DNA of 37,721 nucleotides from Octopus bimaculoides. Its lineage: Eukaryota. The stretch is taken from the NCBI RefSeq assembly GCF_001194135.2, contig NC_068981.1:151117704-151155424 (forward strand), read 5' to 3'. The notes under the pieces were generated by a model, which saw nothing but the letters and a program-made list of their open reading frames with translations, did not search any database and was not told the origin of the DNA. How positions within the stretch are numbered: the first letter of the stretch is position 1; every line of letters begins with the position of its first letter. Made by a program: the position numbers and the translations under genes. Shown one piece after another: positions 32,119 through 37,721 of the stretch.

Positions 32119-35100
32119 CCTTTGTTTATTAGCCACAAGGGCCGACACAAATAAAACTGGACATTACAAAACATGAAGGACAAAGTGGGGTTACATTAAG
32201 TGTTGTGTAAAAATCAATAGCAATGAAAAATATAACAAAAAAAAATGCCTAAAAGAGGCAAATAACACTGGGCTACACATGGAGACCCCACGAAAAATCC
32301 ACAAATTCCACGACCACTATGGTAATAGCCCACTTCCCATCTTTTTCTCCCAGCCTTGGAAACTCAAAAGCACAAGCTCAAAGTAGACCCATTGACACGG
32401 ACCATCTTCGCCACATTCACCCACCTTTTAACAAAACTGATGGAAGTCAGCATTTCCCTCTCAACCCTCACTTTCCTTTCCAGATGGTATCTGAAAAAGT
32501 TGATGAGGGGCCAAAGAGAAAAGTATTTGTCTTTAGCTCTTTCTGTCTAGAGTCCACACAACCTCTTTCGCTACAGATGAAAATTGCCCTCCCTTGCCGG
32601 CCAAAGGAAGGTGATGTGGAATATTTTGATGGAATCAGCCAACAAGAGGACACGTCCTACATGTGACAGCAGGTGTTCGACATAATCCCATATATCATAT
32701 ATGCACGGGCACTGGACAAGTGCGTGCAGAATGGTTTCGTCGCTCTGCGCACATCTCGGGCATGTCTGACTAACGGCACTTCCGTGCCTGTAGAGTTTAT
32801 ATCGAACAGACAAAACCCTACCCACCTTCCGTAGCACTACCAGGCCAGGGATTTCTGGAAGTTATCTACAGGACTCGGCTCGAAAGTCCTCTGTAACAGA
32901 CTGGTGAGTTGAAATTCATCGACGCCTAGAGTCACCCCAAGAACGTAGTTGCTTCCTTTCACCATTAACCCCCTATACAACACCATAGTATAACTTCTAC
33001 TAACCTCATTTCCCGACTGTCTGAGGACCGTGAGTGCCTGGAGATACTCAAAGTGCCAGACGACCATCCACGGTCTACGCTTGATCCAAAATGGCAGATC
33101 ACTCAAAGAGACGAGAGGAATCGCTGCATGTGCCGCAGTCTCAGCGCATGTCTGCACATCAAGAGCCATGGCATACCCAGCCCAGTTCATAGGGTCTTGA
33201 CATCAAATGGAGCGTCTGAACAGCGGAGTTCGTCCCTTCCATAAGAGGCAGAAAAGCAGACGCTCCAGTTTGATCAGGTACGAACTGGGGCAAGGCACGA
33301 CGGTGAGGTGGTAGTAAATGACTGAGGCGACGTATGTGTTCGCCACCTCTTTCCGACCTTTCAAGGATAGCTTCCTCTTCGCACATTTCTGGGTGAGACC
33401 GATTACCCTGCTCGTCACCTTACTCCAGTTCTTCTCCAGTTGGACGTCCAGTCCGAACCAGACTCCGGGTAATTTTACGGGCCCGACCGTCCAACGTACT
33501 ACAACGCTGTCGCTCGGCATGGATCTACCTCTCCAGTTGCCGAGCTGCAGGTCCACCGATTTTCCCGGGTTAATCTTTGCTCTCTTTACTTCCTCGTGTT
33601 CTTTCACAGTAGTGCTGACACAACACTTCCGGATTTTAGTTAACGCGAGATGCCTCTCAAAGTCTCCAGTTTCCGAAGTAATGACTCGAGGGTCAGTACA
33701 TACAGAAGGGATGATAATAGTCGCCCTTGACGGACCGAACGCACGATGTTGAATGGTTCCAATAGGTAACCATTCACCCGGAATACCAAGCAAATGACGC
33801 TGTATATGTCAACGATCCAACCGTGGAAAACCAGTCCGAAACCGGCCGCCGTGAGAACAGCTGCCAGATAATGATGGTCAACCCCATCAAAAGCATTTTA
33901 CTAATCTCAATTGATCGGAGCCCCACCCACCTGTTTGGGACGGCGCATGTTTATGCGTCTCCAACCACTTTCTCAACGACAAACGTCAACCTCTTCACTA
34001 ACACTTTGGAAAAGATTTCATGTCTGCGTTGGGTAGAGTGATTGGCATAAAATTATCTAATACCTCCTCCTTGTTTGGATCCTTTCTCAGAGTAGCAGTG
34101 ATCATCGGCTCACAGATTTGGGAATTCTCTCATTCTGTTGCCAGTTGCAGTAGATATCTGCCAAGAGGCCTACAAATAAGACTAGCATATTAGAATAAAA
34201 CTCATAGGGCAGACCAACTGATCCCGGCGATTTTCCTTCCATACTGTTTTTTTATCTCGTCCCGTATTTCCTCAATTGCTATCGGCCTTTCGCAACACTC
34301 CGCATCTCTTGCTGAGAGTCGTAGCAATCCATCGAGGTAGGCAGTGAAATCCCTCCTGTGATCTGACACACCGTTCGTCTCGAACAATTCAGCAAAATGC
34401 TGCTGAAAAGCTGCACATATCTGCTCCGGCTCGTTCACTGCGCGTACATTTTGGTCCACAAAAGACCGAATGGTGTTTTTGTTACCATTTTCCCCCTCAG
34501 CCACCGGGTCCATCGAGCAGCATTGGTTCCCCCTTTCTCAGAGCACGTGCTTTAGCTCTGACAATACAACCTTCGTGCTTAGCGTTGAAGTGTTTATCAA
34601 GGGCCAACCTCGCTGCCAGTAGGTCAGTTGCAATATATTTCCTAAGCATCTTTTCTAACTTTCTCACTAAATCGCCCTCTAATCTATTCCTTTCTACAGC
34701 TAAAACTTTGCTAAATCGAAGTGATTTTAGTTTGATAGCCCTTTTTAGCTTATACTAAAATTTATTGTTGACGATTGCCCCCGTCAAAGCTTTCTGAACT
34801 AACTCTTTAATCTGGTCTCTGTAAGCTTCGTACGCCAGGAGTGACGTGTTCAGCTTCCAGTAGCTGGGGCTCTATCTACGTATGCTATCGAAGTCAACTT
34901 TACAGGTCACCAATTTGTGATCTGTGTAGCCGACTATTTGAAATTGCGAACAATTAATACTATTCCTATCTGAACATCTGAAAATACTCTATCTAGATAT
35001 AATCTTGATGTTCCGATGCGGTTTGCTCATGTCCACACTGGCAATCCAATCGGTACCTATCAGGCAGCTGAAACTGTCTGAACAGGTTTGCGAGGCTTTT

Positions 35101-36164
35101 GCAACCACCTTTCCTAACAGGTAGCCCTATACAATCCGTTTGTGCATCTAAGATGGCGTTGAAATCACCTATTAACTCTAAAGTTTGGAAGACCTCCAAC
35201 CCAGGAAGACCTCCAGACGCCTGTAATATTCCGCCTGTCCTGCACCCGTCGGTGTGTAAACAGCTACCAGTATGAAGGCCCTACCGTTAATACCATTCAC
35301 GTCCAGGACCACCAGCTTATCTTCTGGTCCAAGAAGACTGACCTTATTTTGAGATCCAGACCTTACCTAAACAATACTGCAGTACTCCTACCACCCATTC
35401 CCGCCGACAAGGAAGATGAATAGATCTCGTAGTCATCGAAAATAGGCATGAAACCTCGCGGTGAGTCTCGATTCAGAAATGGCTATTACATCTATTCCTC
35501 GCGACCTGAGGTCGTTGAGTAGGTGATTATATTTCCAAGGAGACCCCAGGCCACGTACATTTATGCAACCTATTTTGATAATGACTATTTGAGTGGCTGG
35601 TAAGGAGAAAAAGGAGAGGACTACTTACTGTTAGCACTCTGGGATGGGAGAGGGGAAGATGTCGCACTCTCTATGTGGGGTGTGGTGGTCTCCATGACCA
35701 AGGATTTATAGAGGTTCCAGGACAATTTCATATTGAAGCTTCCAACCGCCTGTGGAAATTTGGATCTTATTTTGCTGTATGTATGCTGCGATGTTCGAAG
35801 TATATGTATGTGTGTTGGCGGTGTATTATCCGTGGGGGAAACAAAATCAAACATCTTGATGTCTGTATTTTTCTGTATGTATAATAATAAATATGTGTTA
35901 ACTGTGTTTATGGCGGTGAGTTTGTGGTGTATTTGTTATTTTCATATACTTTTTGTGTTGACCTTGTTGTGTCTTGTACTGTTGGCTGTGTCTGTCGTAT
36001 TGGTAGAGCTGGTGTTAGTGAAGGTGTTGGAAGCGTGGGTGTTGGTGTGCTATTATTGTATTGTTGTTTTCGGGTGATTCTGAATGTTCTTTTGGGGTAC
36101 AGCTGTTTTATTTGTGGTGCACATTTGTGCCTTTCTCTTGGGGTTTTACGTATGACTTCTGTCC
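32119..36164 (-). mobile_element. Tx1/L1-clade element, 5'-truncated within ORF1, decayed
   Basis: ORF1 low-complexity C-terminus, ORF2, T-rich 3' UTR and tail GCC-CTTGT-GGC-TAATAAAC abutting the (TAA)n tract. No TSD recognised. Confidence 0.85.
32364..35592 (-). pseudogene. Tx1 ORF2 (EN-RT-zinc motif), frameshifted; YADD region deleted
   Basis: IKIGCINVRGLGSP, IDVIAISESRL, IGDFNAILD, SDHKLV, KLPGVWFG, KLSLKGRKEVAN, CPRCAQSDETILHALVQC. Alignment by eye to 7170-7260 shows loss of the catalytic-motif segment near 33610. Confidence 0.88.
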
Positions 36165-36280
36165 ACTGGTACTTATTCCATCGATCCTGAAATGATGTAA
36201 GGCAAAGTCAACCTCAGTGAATTTGAACTCAGAACGTAGCGACGGACAAAATGCCGCAAAGCATTTTGCCAGGTGTGCTC
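36161..36280 (-). mobile_element. SINE fragment (same family as 11669-11883) abutting the 5' end of the minus-strand Tx1
   Basis: Minus strand GCACACCTGGCAAAATGCTTTGCGGCATTTTGTCCGTCGCTACGTTCTGAGTTCAAATTC...AATAAGTACCAGT. Confidence 0.75.
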
Positions 36281-36859
36281 ATAGTGAGAGATCAGCGAAT
36301 GCAATCAAATTGAAACTGGGTTAAATTATACAAAGCGCAATATACTCATCATGATTATCCGTCTGTTAAGGGCAGATGCATCATAACCATATGTGCGCGA
36401 CATAGTGATCTCATATCAACATAAACAGTGCATGACCTTGCAGGTGGGGCCCAGTTAAAATTTTCTTCGGGTCGAGTAGCCCATCCCGATCAAAAGGTCT
36501 CTGAATAAGGTTTATTTAAAGATGATGAATGAAACACCTATGTTTCTAGAGTTGAATTATTCAAATCCCAAAGATGCTTCCTCAATAGTTCTGCTTGTGA
36601 TGAGAGATGCACATATCGTCAGTCACCAAGGGACGTGCTCAACTGATTGTGTTCAAGTAACTGACAAGCAAATTAATGGTATTCAGTAGAAAATTTGGTG
36701 TAGCCCATCTTTTATACCAAGACATAAAATGTACATGAAGTTGGAGGAAGTAAGAAGAGGGAATATAACCCTCATTGAAAATGAACAGAACTACATGAAT
36801 AAGAAATATCATTTGGTGGGAAATGGTACCAAGATCTGCTCAGAGAATGTCAAGAACAA

Positions 36860-37110
36860 CGGGGCACCCTGGCTTCAGAAGGACCCAGCCAATGGCGCTG
36901 TGGCCAGTAACTATTATACGATTACTTATCTTGTTTACCTATGATATGGCAGCTTATAAATGGAATAATGGTAGAACATTGTACGACTCGTTAACAGATG
37001 AACAGATGGGCTGCGGGAAGGGATCACGTGGAAAAAAGATGAGTTGCTGATAGATAAGGCAATTTTGACCAACTGTCGGAGAAGGCTGTCAAGCTTATCA
37101 ATAGGTTGTG
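36860..37110 (+). pseudogene. R4/Dong-like reverse transcriptase fragment
   Basis: LQKDPANGAVASNY.TI..L, EQMGCGKGSRG/KKDELLIDKAILTNCRRR (consensus EQKGC...SRGTKDQLLIDK). Confidence 0.68.
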
Positions 37111-37528
37111 CAAAAAGTATGATAGTTACATTCTTTATTTTTTATATCCTATTGATTTCACACTCAACTGGTTATAAGTGATTTTATACTTAACTCGTTA
37201 TAACTGATTTCATATTTCAGTTCATTATAATCAATTATGATCAAGTATATGCTTAGCAACATCTTTTCCGGCTGACTACGTTCTCTAGTCAAATACGGCC
37301 GATGACGACTTTGTCTTTTTTCGTTTCAGAATCGATAAAATATTTCCGAGTTCAGATAATTACCAGTTCGGCATAGAAGAACCCGTCACACAAAAATTTC
37401 AGAAATAGTGCCTATTGTAGAAAGGCTTATTATCAGTAGTATTTACGCTATTGTTGCTTTGTTTTAAACGAACTGCTCCTAGTCTCATTCATTTCGCGTG
37501 CTAACGAATCTGCCAGCTTGTCGCTTTC

Positions 37529-37529
<1 letters not shown>

Positions 37530-37590
<61 letters not shown>
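37530..37590. repeat. (TAA)n microsatellite; (AGA)n follows at 37692-37721
   Basis: Read directly. Confidence 0.97.
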
Positions 37591-37591
<1 letters not shown>

Positions 37592-37690
37592 CTAATACAA
37601 ATAGCCACAAAACACGAGCAAAACAAAAAACTGTTTTCAGTATTTAAGGAAGCTGACAAATACAAACAAGAAATCAATCTACCTAACAAA

Positions 37691-37721
<31 letters not shown>

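Overview
AT-rich, microsatellite-rich eukaryotic DNA with three assembly gaps. It is almost entirely decayed transposable elements, and I found no supportable host protein-coding exon. The SINE families and overall composition look like an octopus (coleoid cephalopod) genome; that is inferred from recollection, not a database search. Main contents: (1) a Tx1/L1-clade non-LTR system, with one near-full-length but frameshifted element (3588-8666, with TSD), a second 5'-truncated copy on the minus strand (32119-36164), and two head-to-tail derivatives carrying only ORF1 plus a 3' tail and no ORF2 (11956-15080); (2) several tRNA-derived SINEs; (3) R4/Dong-like RLE/RT fragments, a CR1-like ORF2 remnant and an RTE 5' end; (4) Penelope-like RT and GIY-YIG remnants plus a minimal type-I hammerhead ribozyme motif at 26889-26933 (-); (5) Tc1 and maT/mariner-like transposase remnants, a TA-flanked MITE and an internally deleted Helitron; (6) a 74-bp-stem hairpin. 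Most ORFs in the supplied track are translations of microsatellites or antisense frames of TEs. Best leads: ORF1-only 'half-Tx1' elements stacked directly behind shared stem-loop+AATAAA tails, the hammerhead motif, and SINE-head/Tx1 junctions.
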